Shown: positions 21,936 to 34,125 of the stretch, piece by piece
Numbering within the stretch: position 1 is the first letter of the stretch
How the letters are laid out: each line of letters begins with the position of its first letter
DNA from: Chiloscyllium plagiosum
Taxonomy: Eukaryota
Assembly: GCF_004010195.1 (NCBI RefSeq)
Contig: NC_057717.1
Span: 74,332,695 to 74,367,354 of the forward strand
Direction: 5' to 3'
Length of the DNA: 34,660 nt
Program-made: the position numbers and the translations under genes
The notes under the pieces: model-generated
What the model saw: only the letters and a program-made list of their open reading frames with translations
The model's database searches: none
What the model was told of the DNA's origin: nothing

Positions 21936-22157
21936 TTGAAACTTTATTGCTGGAACAGCACAGCAGGTCAGGCAGCATCCAGGGAACAGGAGATTCGACG
22001 TTTCGGGCACAGGCCCTTCTTCAGGAATTCCTGAAGAAGGGCCTGTGCCCGAAACGTCGAATCTCCTGTTCCCTGGATGCTGCCTGACCTGCTGTGCTGT
22101 TCCAGCAATAAAGTTTCAACTTTGATCTCCAGCATCTGCAGACCTCACTTTCTCCTC
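21936..22157. mobile_element. Young Penelope-like family C end forming a perfect 188-bp palindrome; 13-bp TSD
   Basis: Palindrome at 21934-22121 centred on GAATTC. TSD tatgagttgggag at 21923-21935 and 22158-22170. Confidence 0.9.
22027..22062 (+). ncRNA. Minimal type I hammerhead ribozyme motif (mirror copy on - strand at 21993-22028)
   Basis: attc-CTGAAGA-a-GGGC ctgt GCCC-GAAA-cGTC-gaat: conserved core, 4-bp stem II, 4-bp stem I (attc/gaat), palindromic minimal stem III (ACGT), GUC cleavage triplet. Confidence 0.75.
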
Positions 22158-23295
22158 TATGAGTTGGGAGGTCATGTTGCTGTTCCACAGGACATTGATT
22201 AGATTACTTTTGGAATATTGCGTGCAATTCTAGTCTCCCTGATATAGGAAGGATGTTGTGAAACTTGAAAGGGTTCAGAAAGATTTACAAGGATGTTGCC
22301 AGGGTTGGAGGGTTTGACCTATAGGGAGAGGCTGAATAGGATGGAGCTGAATTTACCTGGCGCGTCGAAGGCTGAGGGGTGACCTTATAGGGGTTTATAA
22401 AATCATGAGGGGCATGGATAGGGTGAATAGATAATGTCTTATCACTGGAGTGGGGGAGTCCAGAACTATAGGGCGTAGGTTTAGGGTGAGAGGGGAAAGA
22501 TGTAAAAGAGACCTAAGGGGCAACTTATTCACACAGAGGGTGGTACGTGTATGGAATGAGCTGCCAGAGGAAGTGGTGGACGCTGGGACAATTACAACAT
22601 TTAAAAGGCATCTGGATGGGTGTATGAATGGGAAAGGTTTAGAGGGATATGGGCCAAGTGCTGGCACAATTTAGGATATGTGGTCAGCGCGAATGAGTTG
22701 GACCGAATAAGCTGTTTCTGTGCTGTACAACTCTGTGACTCTAAGTTCCAACAACAAATTTGGCGACAGTGTCCTCCAACCCTTCAGTTAAGACATTTAT
22801 ATAACTGGTGAAGGGAAAATGAGTACCCGGCAAAACTACTGTAGCACATGACTCACTGTGCCTTGCCAACATGAGAAAGGTTTATGTTCTGATTTCCATC
22901 AGACATAAAAATATCGAGCCATACCAATGCGTTACCCCTAAACTGTGAGCTTCTATTTTTGTAATAACTAGGCAGATCACTATGCTCTGGAGATCAGTTA
23001 AAATGGGTTGTGAAAACCACAACGATGGCCAGACATTGCTGACCCAAGTTCAGCATGCTGGTGAATTTGATGCTCTCTGTGGTTTTCCTGTTTGTTGCAG
23101 GACACATACTTGCATAATTTTCTGCAAAGGTCAAAAGACATGGGCAACTTGTTAAGTAATGAATTTCCACCCCAGGTCAATGGAATTGTTCATTTCTTGT
23201 AAATGAACATCTGCTTCAAGGAAAAAACTGAATCATGTCAATATGCATTTGTTAACTCTTTGATCGGAATAATTAATCCTATAGTGATCCTTAGA

Positions 23296-23622
23296 ATAGA
23301 GTAGGATCCCTACAGTGTGGAAACAGGCTCTTCGGTCCACACCGAGCCTCTCAAGAGTAACCCACCCAGACCCATTCCCTCTTCCCTATATTTGCCCCCT
23401 GACTCATGCACCTAACATACACATTCCTGAATACTATGGGCAATTTAGCATGACCAATTCACCTAATCTACACATCTTTGGATTGTGAGGAAACCGGAGC
23501 ACCCGGAGGAAGCCCACACAGACACGGAGAGAATGTGCAAACTCCACACAGACAATCACCGGAGGCTGGAATCAAACCTGGGTCCCTGGTACTGTGAGGC
23601 AGCGGTGCTAACCACTGAGCCT
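23296..23622 (-). mobile_element. HE1-type SINE
   Basis: Reverse strand ggctcagtggttagcaccgctgcctcacag head with the full body. Confidence 0.85.
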
Positions 23623-23699
23623 CTTAACTTTGGCGCAGAAGAGTAATGCGCAATTAGAACTGGTTTGCTTTGTCTGCATGTTTTGCATTAACATTAGAA

Positions 23700-26600
23700 T
23701 GTAGAACATAGAATCTTACAGCTCAGTGCATTACTTTGGCCCTCGATGTTGCACTGACCTGTGAAACTAATCTGAAGCCCATCTAACCTACACTATTCCA
23801 TTATGGTCCATATGTTTATCTAATAACCACTCAAATGCCCTTAAAGTTAGTGAGTCTATGACTGTTGCAGACAGTCGTTCCACGCTCCTACTACTCTTTG
23901 AGTAAAGAAGCTACTTCTGACATCTGTCCTATATCTATCACCCCTCAATGTAAAGCTACATTCCCTCATGCTAGCCATCACCATCTGAGGAAAAAGGTTC
24001 TCACTGTCCACCCTATCTAATCATCTGATCATCTTGTATGTCTCAACCTTCTTCCCTCTAACGAAAACAGCCTCAAATCTCTCAGCCTTTCCTCATAAGA
24101 CCTTCCCTCCATCCCAGGCAACACCCTGGTAAAGCTTCTCTGAACCTGTTCTAAAGCTTCCACATCCTTCCTATAATGCAGCGACCAGAACTGTATGCAA
24201 TACTCCAAGTGTAGCCGCACCAGAATTTTGTCCAGCTGCAACATGACCTCATGGCTCTGAAACTCAATCCTTCTACCTATAAATGCTAACACATTGTCTA
24301 TCTTCTTAACAACCCTATCAACCTGGGTGGCAACTTTCAAGGATCTATGCACATGGACACCGAGGTCTCTCTGCTCATCTACACTACCAAGAATCTTACC
24401 ATTAGCCCAGTATTCTTTATTCCTGTTGCTCCTTCCAAAGTGAATCGCCTCACACTTTTCTGCATTCAACTCCATTTGCCACCTTTCAGCCCAGCTCTGC
24501 AGCTTATCTATGTCCCTCTGTAACCCGCAAAATCCTTCGGTACTTCCTCAACTCTACTGACCTTAGCGTCATGTGCAAATTTACTAACTCATCCTTCTAT
24601 GCCCTCATTCAGGTTATTTATAAAAATGACAAACAGCAGTGGCCCCAGATCAGATCCTTGTGGTACACGGGTTGTACAGGTAAAGTATTGGTGAGAATTC
24701 CTGTGGTGCAGTGGTGACGTACCTGCTTCATAAAACAGTATAGCACAGTACAGGCCCTTGATGTTGTGCCAACCTTTTATCCTACTCTTAAGATTAGATT
24801 AAACTGCACACCCTTCATCGTGCTATCTTCCATGTACCTATCCAAGAGTCGCTTAAATGTCCCTAATGTATCTGACTCTACTAGCACTGCTTGGCAGTGC
24901 ATTCTACACACCCACCACTCTCTGTGTAAAGAACCTAACTCTGAAATCTCCTCTAAACCTTCCCCCAATCACCTTTAAAGTATGCCCCCTCGTGATAGAC
25001 ATTTCCACCAACAGAAGAAGTCGCTGGCTATCCACTTTAAGGCTGGTCTTGACCAGTCCTTCCAATTACCTTATTTCCCAGGACAGAGTAAAATTCACAG
25101 ATCGATTTTTTGGCAGAAACCCCAAGACTCATCAATAGCCCACCCCATGATCTGACTGACTTTTTGGGTAGTGCTGTAAAACAGGGAGACCTAGGGGTTC
25201 ATGTACATAAGTTTGCATCACATGCAGACGGGATGGTTAAGATGTTGTTTAGCACATTTCCATTTATTGCTTAGACCTTTGAGTCTAGGAGTCAGGACGT
25301 CATGTTGAGGTTATAAAGGACATTGGTGAGGCCACTTAGAATGTTGAACATAGAACAGTGCAGCGCAGTACAGACCCTTTGGCCCTCTATCTGTTAGCCT
25401 ACTTTCAGATCAAACTAACCTACTAACCTACACACCCTTCATTTTACTCTCATCCAAGAGTCGCTTAAATGTCCCTAATGTATCTGACTGTACTACCACT
25501 GCTGGCAGTGAATTCCACACACCCACCACTCTCTGTGTAAAGAACCTACCTCAAACATCTCCCATAAACGTTCCTCCATTCACCTTAAAATTATGCCCCC
25601 TTGTGATAGCCATTTCTGACTATCCACTCTATCTATGCCTCTCATCATGTTGTACACCTCTATCAAGTCACCTCTCATCCTTCTTCACTTCAATTAGAAA
25701 AGCCCTAGCTCCCTCAACCTCTCTTTATTAGACATGCCCTCCAGTCCAGGTAGCATCCTGGTAAATCTCCTCTGCATCCTCTCTAAAGCTTTCACATTAT
25801 TCTTGTAATGAGGCGACTGAACACAATATTCCAAGTGTGACCTAACCAGGGCTCTGTAGAACTGCAGTAACCTTACAGCTCTTAAACTCAAGACCCTGGT
25901 AATGAAAGCCTACACACCATATGCCTTCTTAACAATCCTATCAACCTGGGTGGCAACATTGAGGGATCGTTGAGATCCCTCTGTTCCTCCAGACTACCAA
26001 GAATTCTGCCTTTAACCCTGTCTTCTGTATTCAAATTTGACCTTCCAAAATGAATCACTTCACAGTTTTCCAGGTTGAATTCCATCTACCACTTATCAGC
26101 CCAGTTCTGCATCCTACAACACTCTTCCACATTATTCACAACTCCACCAACTTTTGTGTCGTTGTTGAACTTACCAACCACTCCCCTTCCACTTCCTCAT
26201 CCAAGCCATTTATAAAAACTACAAAGAGCAGGGGTCCCAGAACAGATCATTGCAGAACCATTGGTCACCGAGCAGCAGGCTGAAAACTTTCCATCAACTA
26301 CCACCCTCTATCTACTATGGGCCAACCAAGTTTTGCATCCAGTCAGCCAAAATTCCCTATATCCCATGCCTCCTTACTTTCTGAATGAGCCTACCATGGG
26401 GAAACTGATCAAACATCTTCTGGACTACTGTGTGCAGTTCTGGTCTCCCTGTACGGTTGGAGAGAGTTTGGAAAAGATTTACCAGGATATTAATGGGAAC
26501 GGATTTGAGTTATAAGGAGATGCTGGATAGCCTGGGACTTTTTTCATTGGAGCATAGGACATTGAGGCATGACCTTGTAGAGGTTTATAAAAGCATGAGG

Positions 26601-26935
26601 GCTATAGTTAAAGTGAATGACAGGTGCCCTTTCCCACAGGTTTGGGTTTTCAAGACTAGGAGAGATATTTTCAAAGATTTTAAAGGAGAAAGATTTTAAA
26701 AAGACGCAAGGGGCAATTTTTTTACACACAGAGTGGTTTGTGTATGGAATGAGCTCCCAGATGGATGTGGGTACGGTTACAACATCTAAAAGATATTTGG
26801 ATAAGGATGTAAATAAGAAATGGTTGGAGGGATATGGGCCAAGTGCAGTCAGGTGGGACTAGTTTAATTTGAGATTAAGGTCAGCATGGACTGGTTGGAC
26901 TGAAGGGTCTGTTTCCGTACCGTATGATGCTGTGA
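23700..26935. mobile_element. Stack of CR1 LINE 3' fragments (23700-24670 -, 24735-25035 -, 25170-25335 +, 25340-26415 -, 26415-26935 +)
   Basis: Repeated MEFN..KCEVIHFGRSN, LEYC.QFWS and TFKR.LD motifs. Confidence 0.85.
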
Positions 26936-27829
26936 TGCTGCGAATCTACTTCTAAAACAAAGGATGATATATGTGAAGATCTGCAGTGATACAGGAACAG
27001 AACGTGCTACAGAAACACAGTAATTCTAGCAGCATCCGTAGAGGGAAAATTCTGATGAAGGGTCATCGAGAGAACAAGAGAGTTTACAGTTCTAGCTGCA
27101 GTGAAACTTTATGTAGAAAACACACAAAATGCTGGAGAAACGCAGCAGGGCTGGCAGCATTGGTAGGGATGGAGGGTCCCTGAACTTGCAATGTTAACTC
27201 TGATCTCCTCCTGAGTTCAATGACCCTTCATCAGCATGTTCTCTGCTCGGCCTGCTGCATTTCTCCAGCATTCTCTGTGTGTTTTCAACACAAAGCTGGT
27301 GCTGATGCTGGATATAGGGCACGTTCTGGTGATTGCCTGTGAAACCAATAGCTGTGGTCCATTCTAGAATACACATTATGGTGCTGGTTGGAGATAATGT
27401 ATGACAGATTTACATGCAGATAGTGCACAAGGTAACAGTGTGGTGTGGGCTCCAACTTAACCAAAAAAATAGACACTATTCCAGCCGGCCCACAAAGAGG
27501 ATGGTTGTGCCAACTGATCGATCTCTAAGTAGAATCATTTCAGTGTTTAGCCATTATCTCTGCCCAGAAATGTGGTGAAGGCAGCTTCAATTATGGCATT
27601 CAAGTGGGCCATTGGATGGGTATTTGGATAGGAATAGTGTGCAAGCAAATTGAGAAAATCCAGGAGATTGACATTTTATGAAATGGGATGACTACTTTCC
27701 AGAAGGGGCAAGGATAGCCCGAGTGATTCCAGCGCACGGGCTGTACCTGTGACTTCCAGAAATGCAGAAGGGTCCCCCGGATCATGCGATCATTCTCAGG
27801 GAAAGTTGGTAGGACATTTAGAAAGCGCA

Positions 27830-30194
27830 GTTCATGCATCATACAGTGTCCTCAGCTTTATTAACAGGCCCACAGAGTATGCGAGCAAGGAGGGGATGTT
27901 GACCGAGACACTTGGTGAAACCTCAGCTGGAGGACTGCGTGTGGTTCTGGGTGCCACCATTATCAGAAAGATGTGAATGAATTGGAGGGAGTGCAGAAAC
28001 AGCTTACAAGAACGGTTCCAGGGATGAGAAACTGTGAGGACAGATTGAGAGTATGGATCATAGAGTAGTACAGCACAGGAACAGACCCTTTGGTCCACAA
28101 TGTTCTGCCAAAATGATACCAATTTAACTAATCCCTTCTGCCTCCTTTTGGTCCATATCCCTGATGAAGAGTTACACCTGAAACAGCGACTCTCTTGTTC
28201 CTTAGAAGCTGCCTGACCTGCTGTGCTTTTTCCAGTGCCACACTTATCGACCCATATCCCTCTATTCTTTGCTTATCCATGAGCTTATCTATAAGCTACT
28301 GAAACACCTCTAACATATTTGCCTCCACCATTAACACCTGGCAGTATATTCCAGGCATCTACGACTCTTTGTGTAAAAGACCTGCCCCTCACATCTCCTT
28401 TGAACTTTCCCCCTCGAGTATGGGACATTTCAATTCTGGGAAAAAAATTCCGACAATGAACCCTATCTCTGGCTCTTATAATTTTATATACTTGTATCAG
28501 GACTCCTCGCACCCTCTGCTACTCCAGAGAAAACAATCCTAGTTTGTCCAGCCTCTCGTTATAGTTCATAGCCTCTGATCCATGTAGCATCCTGGTAAAC
28601 CTCTTCTGTGCCCTCCCCAAAGCCTCCACCTCCTTCCTGTGACGTAGGGACCACAGTTGAATGCAATACAAAATGGATCGCAACACAATAATACTCTAAG
28701 AAGTTGGGACTGCCCTCCTTCAAAGGAAGAAGGCTGAGAGGAAATTTGACACTGGTTCGTAAAATTATGAGCAAGTCGGAAAAGAGCAGACAGGGAGAAG
28801 ATGTTCCTGCTCACAAAAATAACAAAAACGAGGGGCATAGACTTAAAGTTTTGTGTAAAAAGTTTTACATCAATAAAGCAATGCTGAAGTGAGGAAAATC
28901 TTCACACAGTCAATAATTAAGGTCTGGAATGGGCCGAGGAGTGACAGATGGAGTTTAATTTAGATAAACGTGAGGTGCTGCACTTTGGAAAGGCAAATCA
29001 GGGCCGGACTTATACACTTAATGGTACAGTCCTGAGCAGAGTTGCTGAACAAAGAGACCTTGGAGCGCAGGTTCATAGCTCCTTGAATGCAGAGTTACAG
29101 GTAGATAGGATAGTGAAGAAGGCATTTGGTATGCTTTCCTTTATTGGTCAGAGAATTGAGTATAGGGGTTGGGAGGTCATGTTGCCTCTGTACAGGACAT
29201 TGGTTAGGCCGCTTTTAGAATATAGCTTGCAATTCTGGTCTCTGTCCTGTTGGAAAGATGTTGTGAAGTTTGAAAGGGTTCAGAAAAGATTTACAAGGAT
29301 ATTGCCAGGGTTAGACGGTTTGAGCTAAAGGGAGAAGCTGTTGGGCTGGAGCTGTTTTCCTTGGAGTGTCAGAGGCTAAGGGGTGACCTTATAGAGGTTT
29401 ATAAAATCATGAGGGGTGTGGATACGGTAAATAGACAAGATCTTTTCCCTGGGATGAGTGAGTCCAGAACTAGAGAGCATAGGTTTAACATGAGAGGTAA
29501 AAAAAAAAATTTTTAAGGGACCTAAGAGGCAACAATTTTATGCAGAATGAGCTGCTAGAGGAAGTGGTGGAGGCTGGTACAATGACAACATTTAAAAGAC
29601 ATCTGGATGGGAACATGAATAGGAAGGGTTTAGAGGGATAGGGGCCAAGTGCTGGCAAATGGGACTGGATTAATTTAGGACATCTGATCGGAATGGAAGA
29701 GTTGAACCAAAGGATCTGTTTCCATGCTGTACATCTCTATTACACTATGTCCTGTCCGGAAATGCAGGTTCAATTGAGGCATTCAAAGGGCTTTGGATGA
29801 ATACTTGAACAGAAATGTCGTGCAGGAATGTGTAGAAAATGCAGGAGATCGGGGCACTTGATAACAGAATTAAATGGTCTGGACAGCCTCATGTGGCACT
29901 GTAACAATTCTATTATTCTTTGACACATTGGGGAGGTTTCTGCCTCCACTACTCGTAACAAGCAAAGAGCTCTGAATTCCCATGACCCTCTTGGTGACAA
30001 TGACCTTTCCTCACACCTCCTCTAACCCTTCAGCCCCTTCCCTTAAATTTATGTCCCGGGTCATTGATCCCTCATTCAGGTTTCTACCTGCCGCCCTTAT
30101 CTATGCCCCTCGTAATTTTACCCATCTCAATCATGTCCCCTCTCAATCTCCTCTGCTCTGAGGAAAGCAATCCCAGTCAGTGCAATCTCTCATC
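27830..30194. mobile_element. Stack of CR1 fragments (27830-28050 +, 28060-28655 -, 28705-29750 +, 29930-30194 -) with a family C Penelope end at about 28160-28250
   Basis: For example 28948-29328 MEFNLDKREVLHFGKANQ...LEYSLQFWS. Confidence 0.8.
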
Positions 30195-31864
30195 ACTTGG
30201 ACTGGAGCAGACAAAGTTAAAAATCACACAACACCAGATTATAGTCCAACGGGTTTATTTGGAAGCACTAGCTTTCGGAGCGCCTTCACCAGGTGGTTGT
30301 GGAGTATAAGATCATGATCGTAGAACTTATAGCCAAAGGAGTCCAGTGTCACAGAGATGTGATACATTAAACAATTTTAGATTAAACCTTTCATCTGTTA
30401 AAATTGGATATGTTGGTTTCTGTTGATATCTAAATCACAGAACTTCTTTTAAATTACATTCTCAAGATAGCTCAGCTTTTCTAACGATAAGTGTGAAGTC
30501 TGTCTGTGTCCCAATGGTTAGTCAGACTGACAAGCCCGCTGCATAGTTTTGCAGAGTTTTATGTGGATTCATGCAGTCGTTGTCCAGTTTTTCCCAGGAG
30601 CTGAACGACCACACCATGTTCTTCGCAGCTTTCAACACATAATCGCTGAGGATGAGCACCTCACCGAGACCTTTCCCACATCTTCATTTCTCACTACGAA
30701 ACAACCAGCACACCTTAAACAAATCGTGCACAAAAAAACTGCCCAGCCTTCAGGACAACACCACCACATAACCCTATCGCAGCAGCAAGACGTGTCAAAG
30801 TATCGACACGGATAACCCCATTACACATAGGGGCACCTCCCACCATGTACGCGGCAGGTTACTCATGTGACTCGGCCAACGTGGTCTATCTCATACATTG
30901 CAGGTAAGGATGCCCTGAGGCATGGTACATTGGTGAGACCGAGCAACCATTACGACAATGGATGAATGAACACCACCCAACAATCACAAGGCAGGAGAGT
31001 TCCCTCCCAGTCGGGGAATACGTCAGCGGTCGAGGACATTCGGCCTCGGACCTTCGGGTGACCATCCCCAAGGTGGACTTCGGGACAAGCAACAATTCAG
31101 GTGGCTCAGTATAAGCTAATAGCCATGTTCAATACCCATGGGAATGGCCTCAACCGGGACCTTGGGTTCATGTCACACTACAGGTGACCCCACTACACAC
31201 ACACACACTCCTACATGCTCACACATCCATGCAGACTCCTTCTCATACACAAGCTCTCCATCTCATATGCAGAGACACCCCCCACACTCACACCCACACA
31301 CATACCCTCTCACAGTGACATACCCCACCACACTCACACACAGACACACTTAACTAAGCTTTCACACACACATACACACACACTCTATCACGTGCACTCA
31401 CACCCACGTACGGACACTCACTCTGTCGCTCCTACACGTGCACACATATAAGTCTATAGGGTGAATTTGTTTTTGCGGAATTGCATTTTATTTTGCTCAA
31501 AAAACTGCATGAATCCATGTAAAACTATGCAGAGGGCTTATCATTCTGACCAAATATTGGGATGCAGCCAAATTGACACCTATTGTTAGAAAAGCTGAGC
31601 TATCTTGAGTATGTAATTGAAAAGGAGTTCTGGGATTTAGATATCGAAGAACAGAAAACAGCAAACCCAATTCTAAAAGAAGAAAGAGTGAAACTAAAAT
31701 TGTTTAATGCATCACATCTCCACGACACCATAAACTCCTTTGGCTATAAATTCTGTGATCATGATCTTATACTCCACAACCATCTGATGAAAGAGTGGCA
31801 CTCCAAAATCTATTGCTTCCAAATAAAGCTGTTGGTCAATAATTTGGTGTTGTGTGATTTTTAA
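30195..31864 (+). mobile_element. Penelope-like element (family B): inverted terminal copy, GIY-YIG fragment, CA-rich spacer, 3' pseudo-LTR; 12-bp TSD
   Basis: About 30860-31170 encodes SCDSANVVYLIHC..WYIGETEQPLRQWMNEH. About 30210-30560 is the inverse of about 31500-31864. TSD caatctctcatc at 30183-30194 and 31865-31876. Confidence 0.85.
31190..31450 (+). repeat. Degenerate (CA)n tract inside the Penelope-like element
   Basis: Interrupted CA repeats. Confidence 0.85.
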
Positions 31865-32164
31865 CAATCTCTCATCTTAACTGAAATGAGTGAAAAGTTC
31901 TACCTATAACTTTTCCCCTACTGTCTGGACTTATCTACGTACTGTCACCATAGTGTGCTGGAGTACAAACTGAAGTTGTGGCATCAATTATGTCCATGTG
32001 ATCATTAAACAGAGCAATTCCATGCACACCACTTCACCTCTGCCTGTCCTCTATAAGTCTACAAAGCATTCTGGTGAAGCAGTTACCACAATTTATTCAT
32101 GGAGAGTCCTTGACTCTGATCCAGCTCCCTCAGAGCAAGCGCACAGAGAGGGAAGGGAATGTCT

Positions 32165-32731
32165 CACACTCCTATTCTTCACCCCCACCCCCACCCACAC
32201 TACTATCTAACAGCGGTAGTGCTTATTTTTTCCCTCAGCACCCATGTTGTGAGTGTGCACTGTGAAGAACAAACAAGTGCGTAAATCTTTATTTATGTTC
32301 TATCACCAGGAAGAAAGGTAACACCCAAGTGGCCAGTAACAAGCAGTGTCCTTCTCAAAGGGCTGTATGATCAAAAAAAAAGTGAAGGGGAGGCAGGGAT
32401 TAAATCTAAATAGGGTTGAAGGGGGAAATAAAACACTCCACTCCATGCGGTGCCCACCTCTCACACTCCCGTTCTTTTTTTTTCTTTTAAACCCCCACAC
32501 TACCGCCTAAGTGCGGTAGTGCTTATTGTTTCCCCAGCACCCATGGTGTTTGTGTGCAGGTGTGAGACACAGTGAAAATCACAAAGTGCACGAATCTTTA
32601 TTGAATTTCCACCACCAGGAAGATAGGAAAACACCTGGGTGTCCAGTGACAAACACTGCCCTTCACATCAAAGGGCAGTGCTGTGTGATCAAAACAGTGA
32701 GGGGGAGGGTAGGGACCACACTCCTGTTCTT
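32165..32731 (-). mobile_element. Two tandem diverged non-LTR 3' ends (terminal hairpin, poly-A on the younger copy) separated and flanked by three copies of a 15-bp target
   Basis: cacactccYRttctt at 32165-32179, 32462-32476 and 32717-32731. Hairpin cactaccgc-ctaagt-gcggtagtg. T-run at about 32475-32488. Confidence 0.65.
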
Positions 32732-32894
32732 ATCTGTCAACCAGGACTCCCCAATTGGACCAGATTAATAGCCCCAACCAGGGAATTCTTATTTGTTGAG
32801 GTACACCTGGTTGATATTGTTGCAATCACTACAGAATCTTTCTTCTCACACTGTGGTTCATCCACTGGAATCCTGCAGTGAGTAACTCACCTCC

Positions 32895-33796
32895 TGACAG
32901 CCCAAAACCCACCCATCCCCACCCTTATCAGCATTCCACAGAGACCATTCTCTCCGCGACTTCCTTATTAGGTCCACACCCCCCCCCCCCCCCCACCAAC
33001 CCACCCTCCACTCCCGGCACCTTCCCTTGCCGCCGCAGGAATTGCAAGACCTGTGCCTACACCTCCCCCTCACCTCTGTCCAAGGCCACGCCAAGTCCCA
33101 AAGAAACCTTCCACATCCGGCAAAGATTTTCCTGCACCTCCAAACACGTCACCTACTGTGTTCATTACTCTCGATGTGGCCTCCTCTACATCGGGGAGAC
33201 GGGACGCCCAATCGCAGAACGTCTCAGGGAACATCTCTAGGTCACACGCACGCAACAACCCCACCGTCCTGTGGCTGACCACTTCAACTCCCCCTCCCAC
33301 TCCACCAAGGACATGCAAGTTCTGGGTCTCCTCCATTACTAAATCCTAGCCACCCAACAACTGGAGGATGAACGCCTCAACTTCCATCTTGGGACCCTCC
33401 AACCACACAGCATCATCGATTTCACTAGTTTCCGCATCTCCCCTCCCCCCACCTCATCCTCTAACCAACCCTCCAATTCAGCATCGCCTTCTTGATCTCT
33501 CCTACTTGTCCATCTTCCTTGCCACCTACCCGCTCCACCCTCCGCTCTGACATATCACTATCACATCCCACCTGCATCTACCTATCGCCTTCCCAGCTAC
33601 CTGCCCCCAGGCAACCCCCACCCTCCTATTTATCTCTCAGCCCTCTTCGCACTCCCATCCCACATCCCTGACGAGGGGCTTGTGTATGCTTGAAAGCCAA
33701 CTCTCCTGCTCTTTGGATGCTGCTTGACCGGCTGTGTTTTTCCAGCGCCACACTTTTCGTCTCTGAATCTCCAGCATCTGAGGTCTTAACTTTCTC
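32895..33796 (+). mobile_element. Penelope-like element (family C) GIY-YIG region and 3' end
   Basis: PGTFPCRRRNCKTC...FSCTSKHVTYCVHYSRCGLLYIGETGRPIAERLREHL..PVADHFNS. Its 3' tail matches the short hairpin insertions elsewhere in the window. Confidence 0.9.
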
Positions 33797-33829
33797 ACAT
33801 CCCCTTGAAGCACCTGGAGGACTGACTTG

Positions 33830-34125
33830 GAGTATGTAAGTCAGCCCACTGAACTGGAAGGTTTGTTTTCAGGCATTCCATCACCATGACTAGGTAACAT
33901 CGTCAGTGAGAGTGTCTCCATTGAAGCGCTGGTGGTACGTCCTGCCTCTCTATTTATAGGTCTTGGTTTCCTAAAGTGGGCGATGTCATTTCCGGGTCTT
34001 TTTTCTCAAGGGGAGGGTAGATGGGATCTCAGTCAATGTGTTTATTGATGGAGCTCTGGTTTGAATGCCACAGCATTGAGTAGTCTCCATATATGCAGAC
34101 AAAGAAGGACACTACTTTGACTGAG
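33830..34125 (-). mobile_element. Penelope-like family A fragment
   Basis: Reverse strand resembles 1750-2000 (ctccatcaataaacacattga..., ctgacgatgttacctag). Confidence 0.65.

Larger units (their letters stand above)
21738..22745 (+). mobile_element. CR1 LINE 3' fragment interrupted by a palindromic insertion
   Basis: RGNLFTQRVVRVWNELPEEVVDAGTITTFKRHLD. Confidence 0.9.

Noticed and set aside
31991-32833. Possible solo LTR (TG..CA ends) hosting the tandem insertions
   Set aside because: No matching TSD found and no second copy in the window, so it is not listed as a feature.
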